Assembly: GCA_963771465.1 (NCBI GenBank)
Contig: CAVYTU010000016.1
Span: 1 to 64,000, forward strand
From: an uncultured delta proteobacterium
GTDB lineage: Bacteria; Desulfobacterota; Binatia; UBA9968
DNA length: 64,000 nucleotides
Direction of reading: 5' to 3'
Under the pieces are notes generated by a model. That model was not told the origin of the DNA, did not search any database, and was given only the letters and a program-made list of their open reading frames with translations. Made by a program: the position numbers and the translations under genes. How positions within the stretch are numbered: the first letter of the stretch is position 1; every line of letters begins with the position of its first letter. This document shows, piece after piece, positions 48,093 to 57,527 of the stretch.

Positions 48093-48839
48093 TCAAGCAT
48101 TGATCGCCAACGCTACCTCTTGGTCGACGTGTTGATCGATTTCGGAAAAGCGTTCGTAAGCTACCGGCGTGCAGAACGATTCAAAGAGTTCCGGTGATTG
48201 ACGCGCCATCTGAACGTAGCCGGTTTCAAAGTTATGGTGGTAGGGTCGCCGCCAGCCGCGGTGTTGGCACAGGTCTCCGACCGGGTCAATTCCCATCCCT
48301 AGATGTCGTAGAATTCGCGCCAACGGATCGTTGATCAGAAAATAGCAGTTCACGATGCCGCGTTCCAAGCTATAGGTCCGAGCCGCTCTTATGAGCCCCA
48401 CCGTCATTACGGATGCGTGCAGCACTCGATAATGTTTTGAATTGGACTCGCAGTGCACATTTCGCGGCCCAGAACTACCGTTTGATTGCGGTCGGCGCTT
48501 GTCAGGAAGTATTGCGCATAACCGCGATGCCTCGGCAACCTTTACCGTACCTACCGCGGCAATATTTGCAGTGTCTATGGCGGCTATGTTGCTGATGGGT
48601 AAGTTATGGGCTTGGCCGACGATTAGTCGCATGCCACCCATCCAATGGCCCGTCGTGCGCGAGCGCACGAGAAAATGTGCCGACGAATCGTCGTGCTGGT
48701 CTCTTTCTTCTTTATCTGGAAAAAATTTTGGATCTTCGAAGCGTTCTCTTAAGCAGTAAACGTAATAGCGGAGTTGGAAGTGAATGCTTTTCCCTTCATC
48801 AGTGTCTGCTAAGTAATAACGATATTCTGTATCCAGCAC
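48093..48839 (-). CDS. GNAT/LuxI-like acyltransferase of the PEP-CTERM/exosortase-associated or N-acyl amino acid synthase type
   Basis: LRYYVYCLRERFE..ERDQHD..SAHFLV..GGMRLI..EASRL..HRGWRRPY; GTG start. Confidence 0.8.
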   Translation of the reverse strand: MLDTEYRYYLADTDEGKSIHFQLRYYVYCLRERFEDPKFFPDKEERDQHDDSSAHFLVRSRTTGHWMGGMRLIVGQAHNLPISNIAAIDTANIAAVGTVKVAEASRLCAILPDKRRPQSNGSSGPRNVHCESNSKHYRVLHASVMTVGLIRAARTYSLERGIVNCYFLINDPLARILRHLGMGIDPVGDLCQHRGWRRPYHHNFETGYVQMARQSPELFESFCTPVAYERFSEIDQHVDQEVALAINA

Positions 48840-48999
48840 TGAATATACCCCCTAGCAATTTTGAGTTTTGAAATTCTACACTGGTTTTGAAGACATGGTA
48901 CTCGCCCGATAGTAGTAAACTTTATTCTCCTCGGCGCGAACCGATCGGATGTTTTTTGTTACAGAAGCGACTCTATGATCATCGCCCGTCTCAAATCAG

Positions 49000-49015
49000 A
49001 GCGAGATTCATGCCA
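49000..49015 (-). promoter_or_regulatory. Candidate sigma-54 -24/-12 promoter (TGGCATG-N4-TCGCT)
   Basis: GG and GC at consensus spacing, about 160 bp upstream of the acyltransferase, with an AT-rich tract just upstream. Confidence 0.45.
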
Positions 49016-49114
49016 AGAATTTAGCTAATGAAATTTTTTCTTCGCACTCTCACAGTGTGCCCATGTGACTAGAGTCATTCACATCGATCGAGTGCAGAGA
49101 ACACAGGAGGACAC

Positions 49115-49429
49115 ATGCACTCGGAAGGGTGTGGAATTCTAGCTGTACGGGCAAAGACATCCAGCGACGATACAGAGCGTGTGTTGTTTTTAGAAGCGAC
49201 CCTTAAGAATACCCAGAGACAAAATAACCAAGCGGCTCCGGATCTTCACTCCAATGGTTGTTACCTTGCAATTGATTTCCGGTTTCCTGTGCGCTTACTC
49301 GGCTGCCTGCAGAACTACACTAGAAGTACACCGATTCCAGTTAAAATGGCAATAATCGACAGCGAAAAAAGAGGATCGATGCCGAAAATTAACGTGGCGA
49401 TCTTCAAGTTACCGTACGCTCCGTACTAA
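49115..49429 (+). CDS. Orphan hypothetical ORF
   Basis: Strong AGGAGG RBS but no recognisable motif; lies in an AT-richer region. Confidence 0.3.
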   Translation: MHSEGCGILAVRAKTSSDDTERVLFLEATLKNTQRQNNQAAPDLHSNGCYLAIDFRFPVRLLGCLQNYTRSTPIPVKMAIIDSEKRGSMPKINVAIFKLPYAPY

Positions 49430-49665
49430 TTCGTGCATCACCCGCAGCAAATTTCCGCCCCAGAGTTTTGCAATCTGCGTCTCTCAATAGCCACGGCGTC
49501 GCCGTCGAAGTGGAAGTAGTCCCCACGCGATCGATGCCTCAACCCTGAGAGTAATTGGCAGGGGCGTAGAGATAGATTGATTCATTGGTACTCGCTGAAG
49601 CGGTTGCGCAACTCTATAAGAGGAAACAAATGATTAGCGACGCGTGGTGGGTGGCGCTCAAGCGA

Positions 49666-49977
49666 TCAAACGTATTTCTTGACCGCGTTCTCGATGGCGC
49701 CGCCGGCCTTGGCTAGATCGTCCGGTGTCATCACCGGATGAATCTCGATGCTTGCATTGAATGCAAGAAACCACGGCTCAGCGATGGCTGGGATTTGAGA
49801 AGCATCTTGCATGTCGAGAACGATGAACGCCGTTCGCTGGCCGTTGCTGTCGGTAAAATAGACGGCCTCCGGCTTCAAATCTGCCAAAATGGATTGAATA
49901 GTCGCACCGAGCTTTCCTGCCTTCGCCGCAGCATTGCCGGACTCAACGGGAATGTTGACCTTCAGTAAAAATCGCAT
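49666..49977 (-). CDS. Conserved small hypothetical protein (GYD/DUF3303-like ferredoxin fold)
   Basis: LKPEAVYFTDSNGQRTAFIVLDMQDASQIPAIAEPWF...PVMTPDDL. Confidence 0.8.
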   Translation of the reverse strand: MRFLLKVNIPVESGNAAAKAGKLGATIQSILADLKPEAVYFTDSNGQRTAFIVLDMQDASQIPAIAEPWFLAFNASIEIHPVMTPDDLAKAGGAIENAVKKYV

Positions 49978-50190
49978 GGTTCATTTCCTGTGGGTTTAAT
50001 TTATTGGATTAAAGACAAGTCACGTGAGCTATCTATCACAGACTGCGCCAATTTGTGTGACGATGGCCGTGGAGTGCGGCAACCAAATCGAACCGCTTTG
50101 GGTCGAGCCACTCCACGGTTTCGGCAACCATCTCGCCATTCCAATTCTATTCGTCTCCACCGGAACGCTGCGCAAGCGCACTTTACAAGG

Positions 50191-50331
50191 CTAACTGCGT
50201 TCCTGTCGCAACTCCCACGCCATGAGCTGGGCTTTGTCCATGATGCTAAAGCGGATGAGTTTGGCCGTCACGTTGAATGACTCGCTGGCGTCGTTCTAAC
50301 CGACGACAACGCCGCCACCGTCGAAGTCGGA
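50191..50331 (-). pseudogene. Degenerate duplicate of the 3' end of the neighbouring M19 dipeptidase
   Basis: SDFDGGGVVVG*NDASESFNVTAKLIR/FSIMDKAQLMAWELRQ versus intact SDFDGGGGISGWNDAGETFNVTLELVR...LRVMDEVQRVASELQK. Confidence 0.85.
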
Positions 50332-51290
50332 TGTGCCGTCGTATCGATAAAGAGTTGTTCCAGCGCCATCTTCCTGCCGATAAGCCCTTGCTCATAGGAG
50401 TACTGCATCAAAGTCTCAACGTTCTTTCGGTTGGCTTCGCCGAGCCCGTAAACCCAAGGATCGCTGCCGAAGATTTCTTCTTGCTCTTCGACAAATGAAC
50501 GGAACCACGCTAACGGGACGATTCTTGGGTTCTCCATGCGTTTGTAGGCGAGCTTTTTCGACTCCTCGAAGGCTTGCATCAAGCTCGCCGGCACCCAGGG
50601 GTGTTTATCGACGATCTCCTGTTTAATCGCCGTGGTGTGCATGATCGGGAAGATGCCGGTGCGTTTGAAGTAAGCGATTTCTAAATCGCGATAGTTGCGA
50701 AAGAGTCGGCGCACGCGCGGGTCTTTGGTTGCGATCGGCCGGATGACCTCCGGATCGATTATGGCGTCGAGTTCGGCGGCGAGGAGCATGTCGACGATGT
50801 TCTTGCCTGCGGGAATCTTTTGAATGCTTAATCCCGGCGGTGATTGCCAAGGGATTTTTTCTTCTACTGCCTTGAACCAGTGAACTTGGTTATGAGGCAC
50901 GTCGAATTCATGCTCCAGGATGCCGCGCATCCACAGATTCGCGGTGGCGTGATAACCCCCGACGCCGACGTTTTTGCCGAGCAGATCCGTGGCTTTGTTT
51001 ATTCCCTTTGCCGTGTTCACGAAGACAAATCCGTGGCGAAAGCGGCGATGGAGAAATACCGGGATGGCAATGAACGGCAGGCCATTGTCTTGGGCGACCA
51101 GGTAATTCGACATCGAGAGTTCGGCAATGTCGAAGTGCCGGTCGCGCAGCATGCGCGCGTGACGCACCTCGGCGGTCATGTCCGTCAAGATCGTCAGCTC
51201 GATGCCCTCAGGCTTAACGATCCCCTCTTTCAACGCGCGAATGCTTTCGTAATCGCCGGCGGCGAGGGTTAATTGTAATTTGGCGTTCAT
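50268..51290 (-). CDS. 4,5-dihydroxyphthalate decarboxylase-like protein
   Basis: FDIAELSMSNY, IPVFLHRRFRH, TGIFPIMH and DPWVYG; the C-terminal ~20 aa read into the dipeptidase remnant. Confidence 0.88.
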   Translation of the reverse strand: MNAKLQLTLAAGDYESIRALKEGIVKPEGIELTILTDMTAEVRHARMLRDRHFDIAELSMSNYLVAQDNGLPFIAIPVFLHRRFRHGFVFVNTAKGINKATDLLGKNVGVGGYHATANLWMRGILEHEFDVPHNQVHWFKAVEEKIPWQSPPGLSIQKIPAGKNIVDMLLAAELDAIIDPEVIRPIATKDPRVRRLFRNYRDLEIAYFKRTGIFPIMHTTAIKQEIVDKHPWVPASLMQAFEESKKLAYKRMENPRIVPLAWFRSFVEEQEEIFGSDPWVYGLGEANRKNVETLMQYSYEQGLIGRKMALEQLFIDTTAHPTSTVAALSSVRTTPASHST

Positions 51291-51440
51291 TCGGCTGTGT
51301 CGAACATGCTTATTTGATCAGACCAAACTCTAGTCTAAACTGTCGAACGGCTCAATGCGTTCAGTTCGGCAGTCGAAAACCTTTGGCGAAATGAATGGGA
51401 ATTGTAGGATGGCGTGACAAAGGACGCCATATCGATCGAG

Positions 51441-52733
51441 CTATTTTTGCAGCTCACTCGCGACTCGCTGCACTTCGTCCATCACCCGCAGTAGATTGCC
51501 GCTCCAAAGTTTTTCGATTTCTCCTTCGGTATAGCCGCGGCGGACGAGTTCTAACGTCACGTTGAAAGTTTCGCCGGCGTCGTTCCAGCCGGAAATGCCT
51601 CCGCCGCCGTCGAAATCGGAGGAGATGCCGACGTGATCGATGCCGATGAGCTTCACCGCGTAGTCGATGTGATCGACGAGGTCTTTGACCGTCGCGGGCG
51701 GGTCGCCGGGGAATTTCTGATCGATCTCGGCGACTTTCTCTTCGTATGCGGCGCGTTGCGAGGACGATAATTCTTTCAATGCGGCTTGCGCCCGCGCGCG
51801 TTGGCTGATCGAGTTCGGATCGGGCAGGTTATATTCATTTCTCGCTTCCGTGAGAGCCGCTTTGCGCTCGGCCGAATCCGCCTCGGTTGTCTTGATGAAG
51901 CCGTTGTAGGCGACAATCTGGATGACGCCGCCGCTTTCCTTGAGCACCAATAATTGTTCGTCATCCAAATTCCGGCTGACATTGCAGAGCACGCGGGCGG
52001 CGGAGTGGGATGCGATGATCGGCGCCTTGGACAGTGCGGCGGTTTGCAGCATCGAATCCTTCGACGCGTGGGATACGTCGACCATGATTCCGAGCCGATT
52101 CATCTCGCCGATGACTTGCTTGCCGAGCGGCGACACGCCTTGCCACTTCCATCCTTCGCGCTCGCCGGTATGGGAGTCGCCGAGTTGGTTGTGGCCATTG
52201 TGAGTGAGCGAGATGTAGCGCGCGCCGCGCTCGTAAAATTCCGTCACCCGACCCAAATCTTCGCCGAGCGGGTAGCCGTTTTCTACGCCCATGAGCGCAG
52301 CTTTTTTGCCTTTTGCGTGGATACGGCGAATGTCCGCTGCGCTCAATGCCAATTCAATTTGCTGCTGCGCGATCTCACGAGTGAAGCGGTGCACCGCAGC
52401 GAATTTTTCCACCGCCTTCGCGTAAGCGCGCTCGTAGCCTACCGGCTTCAGTGCATCCGGATTCTGGGATTCCCGCGTCTGACCGACGTAAACGACGAAG
52501 AATAGCGCGTCCACGCCACCGTCGATCATATTGGGCAGATTGAATTGTGTTTGCACGCGTTGGGTGTAGTTTTGCTCGCTGATCAGATCTGCCGGTTCGA
52601 AATCGATGTGCGAGTCGAGCACGAGGACGCGCTCGTGGACTGCGCGGGCTTTTGTCGCTAGCTCCGCTTGGGCAGTGGAACCAGCTTCGCTGGCGGGCGG
52701 CTTCGCTCGGGGTCGGTCGGGATTTGGGATCAT
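51441..52733 (-). CDS. Membrane dipeptidase (peptidase M19)
   Basis: LDSHID, GVENG, SLTHN, VDVSHAS, IASHS and GISSDFDGGG. Confidence 0.93.
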   Translation of the reverse strand: MIPNPDRPRAKPPASEAGSTAQAELATKARAVHERVLVLDSHIDFEPADLISEQNYTQRVQTQFNLPNMIDGGVDALFFVVYVGQTRESQNPDALKPVGYERAYAKAVEKFAAVHRFTREIAQQQIELALSAADIRRIHAKGKKAALMGVENGYPLGEDLGRVTEFYERGARYISLTHNGHNQLGDSHTGEREGWKWQGVSPLGKQVIGEMNRLGIMVDVSHASKDSMLQTAALSKAPIIASHSAARVLCNVSRNLDDEQLLVLKESGGVIQIVAYNGFIKTTEADSAERKAALTEARNEYNLPDPNSISQRARAQAALKELSSSQRAAYEEKVAEIDQKFPGDPPATVKDLVDHIDYAVKLIGIDHVGISSDFDGGGGISGWNDAGETFNVTLELVRRGYTEGEIEKLWSGNLLRVMDEVQRVASELQK

Positions 52734-52776
52734 GATTTACCGCAAAGCTACTATACCAGACTGAAGGCGACGGTGA

Positions 52777-54501
52777 CTACTTTGCTAGCGGTGCGCCCTC
52801 GGGACCAATGGCGAAGCGTTCAAGCACGTGTCGCGTCATGGCAAGGGCGAGCTCGTGCTCGCCAAGAAATACCTTGCCGGCATTTTCCTTTTCCAGCAGC
52901 GCCGCTTCTTCTTCACTGTGCGTACGCACAACCGTCTCGATGCGCGGGTTGACCGTGCGCGCGATCTCGATCATGCGGCGAACGTTGGGCGTATCAGGCG
53001 TGGCGATTACCAGCACGCGGGCGCGTTGGATATGCGCTTGAATGAGAACCGCGGGATCGGCGGCGTCGCCGGACACGGCCGGGATATCGCGCGCGCGCAG
53101 CTTTTCGACGATCTCGCGATTTTCTTCGGCGACCACAAACGAGATGCCCTTCGCGGTCAGCGCCTCGCCGATGCGCCGACCGACGCGCCCATAACCGACC
53201 AGCACGACCTGGCCGGTAAGACGGTTGAGATCGACAGTCATCGGCAGCGTGGCCAGGGGATCGTCGGGGCGCTCCATGGCTTGAGCGAGCTTCGAGCGCG
53301 CGCGAATCCAAGCTTGCGCCGGTTCGATGGCGCGGAAGAGCAAAGGGTTAAATGCGATTGAAATAATTGCTCCAGCGAGGATCAGACTCTGACCTTCGGC
53401 CGGCAATAGCCCCAGCGAAAGTCCCAATCCAGCCAAGATGAAAGAAAATTCGCCGATCTGGGCAAGGCTCGCGGAGACGGTGAGCGCGGTATTCAACGGA
53501 TAGCGGAAAAGCAAGACGAGTATAAATGCCGCCAATGATTTGCCGAAAATGATAATGACCGCGACCACGATGACGTGCATTGGCTCGCGAACCAATACTT
53601 GCGGGTCAAAGAGCATGCCCACCGAAACAAAAAACAACACCGAGAACGAGTCTCTGAACGGCAGCGACTCTTCCGCGGCGCGATGGCTGAGCGGCGATTC
53701 GCGCATCATCATGCCGGCGAAAAACGCGCCCAGAGCAAAGGACACGCCGAAGAGCGCGGCGGAGCCGTAGGCGATGCCGACGGCAGTGGCGATCACGCAT
53801 AAGGTGAACAGCTCGCGCGAGCCGGTGCGCGCCACCTGCCAAAGTAGTTTTGGAAATAGGCGGCGGCCGACGACTAACATGAGCGCGATAAACAGCGCCA
53901 CCTTGCCGAGCGTGAGTGCGAGCGTCGTTACTAAGCTGGGATCGCCGGCGGCGGTCTGACTCGGAGAGATGCCGCCGAGGGTCAATGAGAGTGGTGGGAG
54001 TAAAACCAGCACCACAACCGTAACCAGGTCCTCGACCAGTAGCCAACCGACGGCGATACGGCCGTTGACGGTTTCGAGTATGCCGCGGCTTTCCAACGCC
54101 CTAAGGAGCACGACGGTACTGGCGACGGAAAGCGCCAGGCCGAAGACGATCCCAGCGGCTAGGCTCCATCCCCACATCGTGGCGACGACGAAACCGAGCA
54201 GCGTGGCGACAATGATTTGCACGATGGCGCCGGGCAACGCGATACGGCGTACGGCTAAAAGATCGTCCAGGGAAAAATGCAAGCCGACGCCGAACATCAA
54301 TAGCATTACGCCGATTTCGGCGAGCTGGCTCGAAAGTTCAAGGTCGGCCACGAACCCCGGCGTGGCGGGACCGAGGATGATTCCTGCGATCAAATAGCCG
54401 ACTAGAGCGGGCAGCTTGAGACGCACGGCAAGCAGTCCGGTGATCAAGGCCAATCCCAAGGCCGCAGCAATCGTGGTGATCAAAGTTACGCTGTGCGGCA
54501 C
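52777..54501 (-). CDS. ybaL: CPA2/Kef-family cation:proton antiporter with TrkA-N domain
   Basis: GILLG-like GYLIAGIILGPATPGFVAD, LAEIGVMLLMFGVGLHFS and VGYGRVG. Confidence 0.9.
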   Translation of the reverse strand: MPHSVTLITTIAAALGLALITGLLAVRLKLPALVGYLIAGIILGPATPGFVADLELSSQLAEIGVMLLMFGVGLHFSLDDLLAVRRIALPGAIVQIIVATLLGFVVATMWGWSLAAGIVFGLALSVASTVVLLRALESRGILETVNGRIAVGWLLVEDLVTVVVLVLLPPLSLTLGGISPSQTAAGDPSLVTTLALTLGKVALFIALMLVVGRRLFPKLLWQVARTGSRELFTLCVIATAVGIAYGSAALFGVSFALGAFFAGMMMRESPLSHRAAEESLPFRDSFSVLFFVSVGMLFDPQVLVREPMHVIVVAVIIIFGKSLAAFILVLLFRYPLNTALTVSASLAQIGEFSFILAGLGLSLGLLPAEGQSLILAGAIISIAFNPLLFRAIEPAQAWIRARSKLAQAMERPDDPLATLPMTVDLNRLTGQVVLVGYGRVGRRIGEALTAKGISFVVAEENREIVEKLRARDIPAVSGDAADPAVLIQAHIQRARVLVIATPDTPNVRRMIEIARTVNPRIETVVRTHSEEEAALLEKENAGKVFLGEHELALAMTRHVLERFAIGPEGAPLAK

Positions 54502-54851
54502 AGTCTTGCTCCTATAAATCGGCTGCTCTAAATCGGATCGATCCGCAAATTCGCAAATCGAGCGGGAAAAAGAGTAGCTTCAGATTGACCCTAACTTTCC
54601 GGCGATGAGCCGCGGAACGCGCTGTGTTTAGCATCGGACGGCGCGTAAAAAGGTTGCGTAGTGAAACAACGTGCCGACAAGTTACCCTGAATAAGTTTTA
54701 CTGGCAACTTTCCCTGGCGAAATTGTTCGAGCCAGAATTATTTTACTCCGCGCGCCTATCAGCGCTCGCTATTCTACGAGGTTCATTTGCGCTACTCTCA
54801 ACGCATTGCAACTTTCCGCAAGATTTTTTCATTCAACGGAGATTATTCTTC

Positions 54852-56075
54852 ATGGAGCGCAAATGGTGGCTCGTCATCTTTGGCTGTATCACACACGCGG
54901 TGAATACCGGCTTCTGTTACTTCGGCATGAGCGCGTTTTTTCCATCCATCGAACGCGAATTCGGCTGGAGCCGGACGGCGATCTCTGGAGCGTTTTCGTT
55001 AGCGCGCATCGAGTCGGGATTGCTCGGGCCGATCGAAGGCTATTTCGTCGATCGGGTCGGGCCGCGCCGGATCATGTATATCGGCATCGTGATTTGCGTG
55101 CTGGGTTTTGTCTCGTTGAGCTTCGTCCAGTCATTGCCGATGCTCTATGTGTCGATCGTGCTTGGCATCGTGCTCGGCTCCAGTCTCGGCTACCACATGC
55201 CGATCAGTTTACTGATCGCCAAGATTTTTCACCAACGGCGCAGTTTTGCTTTCGGCGTTTTTCGCATGGGACCGGGACTGTCCGGCGCGATCGTGCCGCT
55301 GGTCGGTGCGATGATCGTGTGGTGGGGTTGGCGCACGGCCGCCGTACTATCGGGCAGCATGCTGCTGATCGCCGGATTGCCGATGGCTTACGTGATCAAT
55401 AAGATCGCGCAGGCCGAAGAACGCGATCAGGAGTTGGCCGCCGCCGCAAACTTCGGCACGCATTCACCGGCGCATCGCTCTTTAGACCCGCAGTTTACAT
55501 TGAAAGAAGTGTTGCGCCTCAAAGCATTCTGGTTTCTCTCCATCGCCATGGCGCTGCGCCACATGGTCACCGAAGGCGTGTCGGTGCATTTCGTGATTCT
55601 CCTGGTCGACCGTGGTTGGAGCACCGAGGCGGCGAGCAGTTTGCTGGGCGTGTCGGCGCTGATCGGCGCGCCGACACGCATCGGTATGGGTTGGCTGGGA
55701 GACATGGCGGATAAGCGAAAACTCATCATCGGCTTGTTAGCGGCGTTGAGCTTCTCCGTATTTTTGATGGGTTATACTGCCGTCGCGGTCGTATTTACGC
55801 CGTGCATGATCATCTACTCGCTCGCCTACGGCGGCTTGGCGTCGCTGCAAGAACCGATTCGCGCCGACTATTTTGGCACCCAATCGTTCGCGACGATTCA
55901 AGGCGTCAGCCGCACCGTGACCACGGTTGGCACGTTCATGGGTCCTATTCTCGCCGGTTACTTGTTCGACGTGACCCATAGCTACACTCTCGCGTTCGGA
56001 ATTTTTGCCGTGGTTAGTTTGCTGTCAATGCTGTTGATGTTTCTGGCGACGCCGCCCGCGGTGCAAAGCAAATAG
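54852..56075 (+). CDS. MFS transporter
   Basis: EFGWSRT, GYFVDRVGPR and GWLGDMADKR; start set at MERKW. Confidence 0.92.
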   Translation: MERKWWLVIFGCITHAVNTGFCYFGMSAFFPSIEREFGWSRTAISGAFSLARIESGLLGPIEGYFVDRVGPRRIMYIGIVICVLGFVSLSFVQSLPMLYVSIVLGIVLGSSLGYHMPISLLIAKIFHQRRSFAFGVFRMGPGLSGAIVPLVGAMIVWWGWRTAAVLSGSMLLIAGLPMAYVINKIAQAEERDQELAAAANFGTHSPAHRSLDPQFTLKEVLRLKAFWFLSIAMALRHMVTEGVSVHFVILLVDRGWSTEAASSLLGVSALIGAPTRIGMGWLGDMADKRKLIIGLLAALSFSVFLMGYTAVAVVFTPCMIIYSLAYGGLASLQEPIRADYFGTQSFATIQGVSRTVTTVGTFMGPILAGYLFDVTHSYTLAFGIFAVVSLLSMLLMFLATPPAVQSK

Positions 56076-56242
56076 GCTCGGCGGTGTTGGCAAACTCATT
56101 CTCTCCCATCGGCGGACTGGCGCAATCTGCTCGAATTCACCGCGCCGACCGCCGCCGGGTGCGCTTCAGAATTCATCGACGATCGCTTTTGGCAAAAGTG
56201 CTTGACAATCGTCGCGCGGACGGGCGATAGAGATAGCGACCC

Positions 56243-56283
56243 TTTCGGTCGAGGGCGCCGTTGAAACCCGGCCGCGACGCGGC
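56243..56283 (+). ncRNA. Guanidine-III (ykkC-III)-like riboswitch variant
   Basis: UUUCGG-U-CGAGG-GCGCCG-UUGAAA (helix enclosing the CGAGG core) followed by CGACGCGGC, able to pseudoknot with GCCG; TTGACA at 56202. Confidence 0.55.
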
Positions 56284-56296
56284 TTCTTTCTTTTCT
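56271..56296 (+). terminator. Intrinsic terminator within the leader
   Basis: GCCGC-GAC-GCGGC hairpin followed by TTCTTTCTTTTCT. Confidence 0.55.
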
Positions 56297-56364
56297 GAGC
56301 ATAAACAACAAACGTGTGGCAAATTCTCCGCAACTCAGTAATTTCCACTAACGAAAGGTAGTCG

Positions 56365-57492
56365 ATGAAAATTGCTGCTATTGAATTGATCGAATTACAA
56401 AATATTCCGGTCACGCCGCCGGTGTTCAAACAACCGCTGCGCACCGGCGTGCGCGTGGTGAAAGTGAAAACCGACAATGGCTTGGTCGGGCTCTCGCAAC
56501 TTGGCGGGTTCATGCACTCGGCGGGTGCCGCTTTCCTGCGCGAAGAACTTGCGCCGTTTCTGATCGGCAAAGATCCGCTGGAAAATGAGCGCTTGATGCA
56601 TCAAATGCTCTGGAAGTTTAACACCCGCGGACACTCGGGAGTTTGGAACTTCGCCGTCAGCGCGATCGATGTGGCGCTTTGGGATATCAAAGGCAAGTTT
56701 TACAACACACCGGTGTGGCGTCTTTTGGGCGGCGCGCAAAAGTCCGTTCCGGCCTATGTCACTTTTGGGCTGCGCGCTTATAATCGGGACGAGCTTGCCG
56801 AAGCGGCCAAATATTGGGCCGCCAATGGACAACACCGGTTGAAAATTCAGGTGGGTCGCTCGAACATCCGGGGCGCGATGGACCCTACGGGAGCGAGCGC
56901 CGAGCATCGTGAAGATAGCCCGGCTGAAGATGCAGCTCGCGTCAAAGCGGTTCGCGAAGCCGTCGGCGACGACGCCGAGTTGATGGTGGATGCCAACTGT
57001 CTGATGAAACTCGATAACGCTGTCAGATGGTGCAAGCGTTTCGAACCCTATAATCTCATGTGGTTTGAAGAACCCATCGTGCACAACGATCCGCATCTTC
57101 TGGCACAGTTGCGCAAGCAGACCAGCATTCCCATCGCCGCCGGGCAATGGGAGAACTTTGCCAAGCTCGCCGATCTGGTCAAGCAGGACTCGGTGGATTT
57201 TGTCAATATCCACGTGCTCTCGGTGGGCGGATTTACCATGGGCATGAAGGCCGCTGGATTGGCCCAGGCTTTCAACCTACCCATCGGTAACGGCGATCAT
57301 TTCGATTTTCACTTACAGGCGGCGGTGCCCAACGGCTGGCGCGCGGAAATCCACGTCAACAACTGGTTGACCGCCAACACCGTTTACAAAGAGCTGCCTA
57401 AGCTATCGGATGGCTGGGTGACGTTAACCGAGAGGCCCGGTCTCGGCGTTGAACTCAACGAAGACACGGTGAAGGAATTTCAAGTCAAATAA
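56365..57492 (+). CDS. Mandelate racemase/muconate lactonizing enzyme family protein
   Basis: AVSAIDVALWDIKGK, LKIQVG, LMVDAN, WFEEP and PGLGVE. Confidence 0.94.
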   Translation: MKIAAIELIELQNIPVTPPVFKQPLRTGVRVVKVKTDNGLVGLSQLGGFMHSAGAAFLREELAPFLIGKDPLENERLMHQMLWKFNTRGHSGVWNFAVSAIDVALWDIKGKFYNTPVWRLLGGAQKSVPAYVTFGLRAYNRDELAEAAKYWAANGQHRLKIQVGRSNIRGAMDPTGASAEHREDSPAEDAARVKAVREAVGDDAELMVDANCLMKLDNAVRWCKRFEPYNLMWFEEPIVHNDPHLLAQLRKQTSIPIAAGQWENFAKLADLVKQDSVDFVNIHVLSVGGFTMGMKAAGLAQAFNLPIGNGDHFDFHLQAAVPNGWRAEIHVNNWLTANTVYKELPKLSDGWVTLTERPGLGVELNEDTVKEFQVK

Positions 57493-57527
57493 ATAAACCA
57501 CAAATCGCAAAATCGTCTGGAGGAAAA

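Noticed and set aside
54502-54851. c-di-AMP or other riboswitch upstream of ybaL
   Set aside because: No conserved aptamer motifs recognised
56222-56245. Fluoride (crcB) or guanidine-II riboswitch reading of the leader
   Set aside because: GGCGATAG lacks the paired CGCC stem, and there are no twin ACGR-loop hairpins
56317-56332. Sigma-54-like TGGCAAATTCTCCGCA before the enolase-family gene
   Set aside because: Only the GG/GC spacing matches and the rest is poor, so it could be chance
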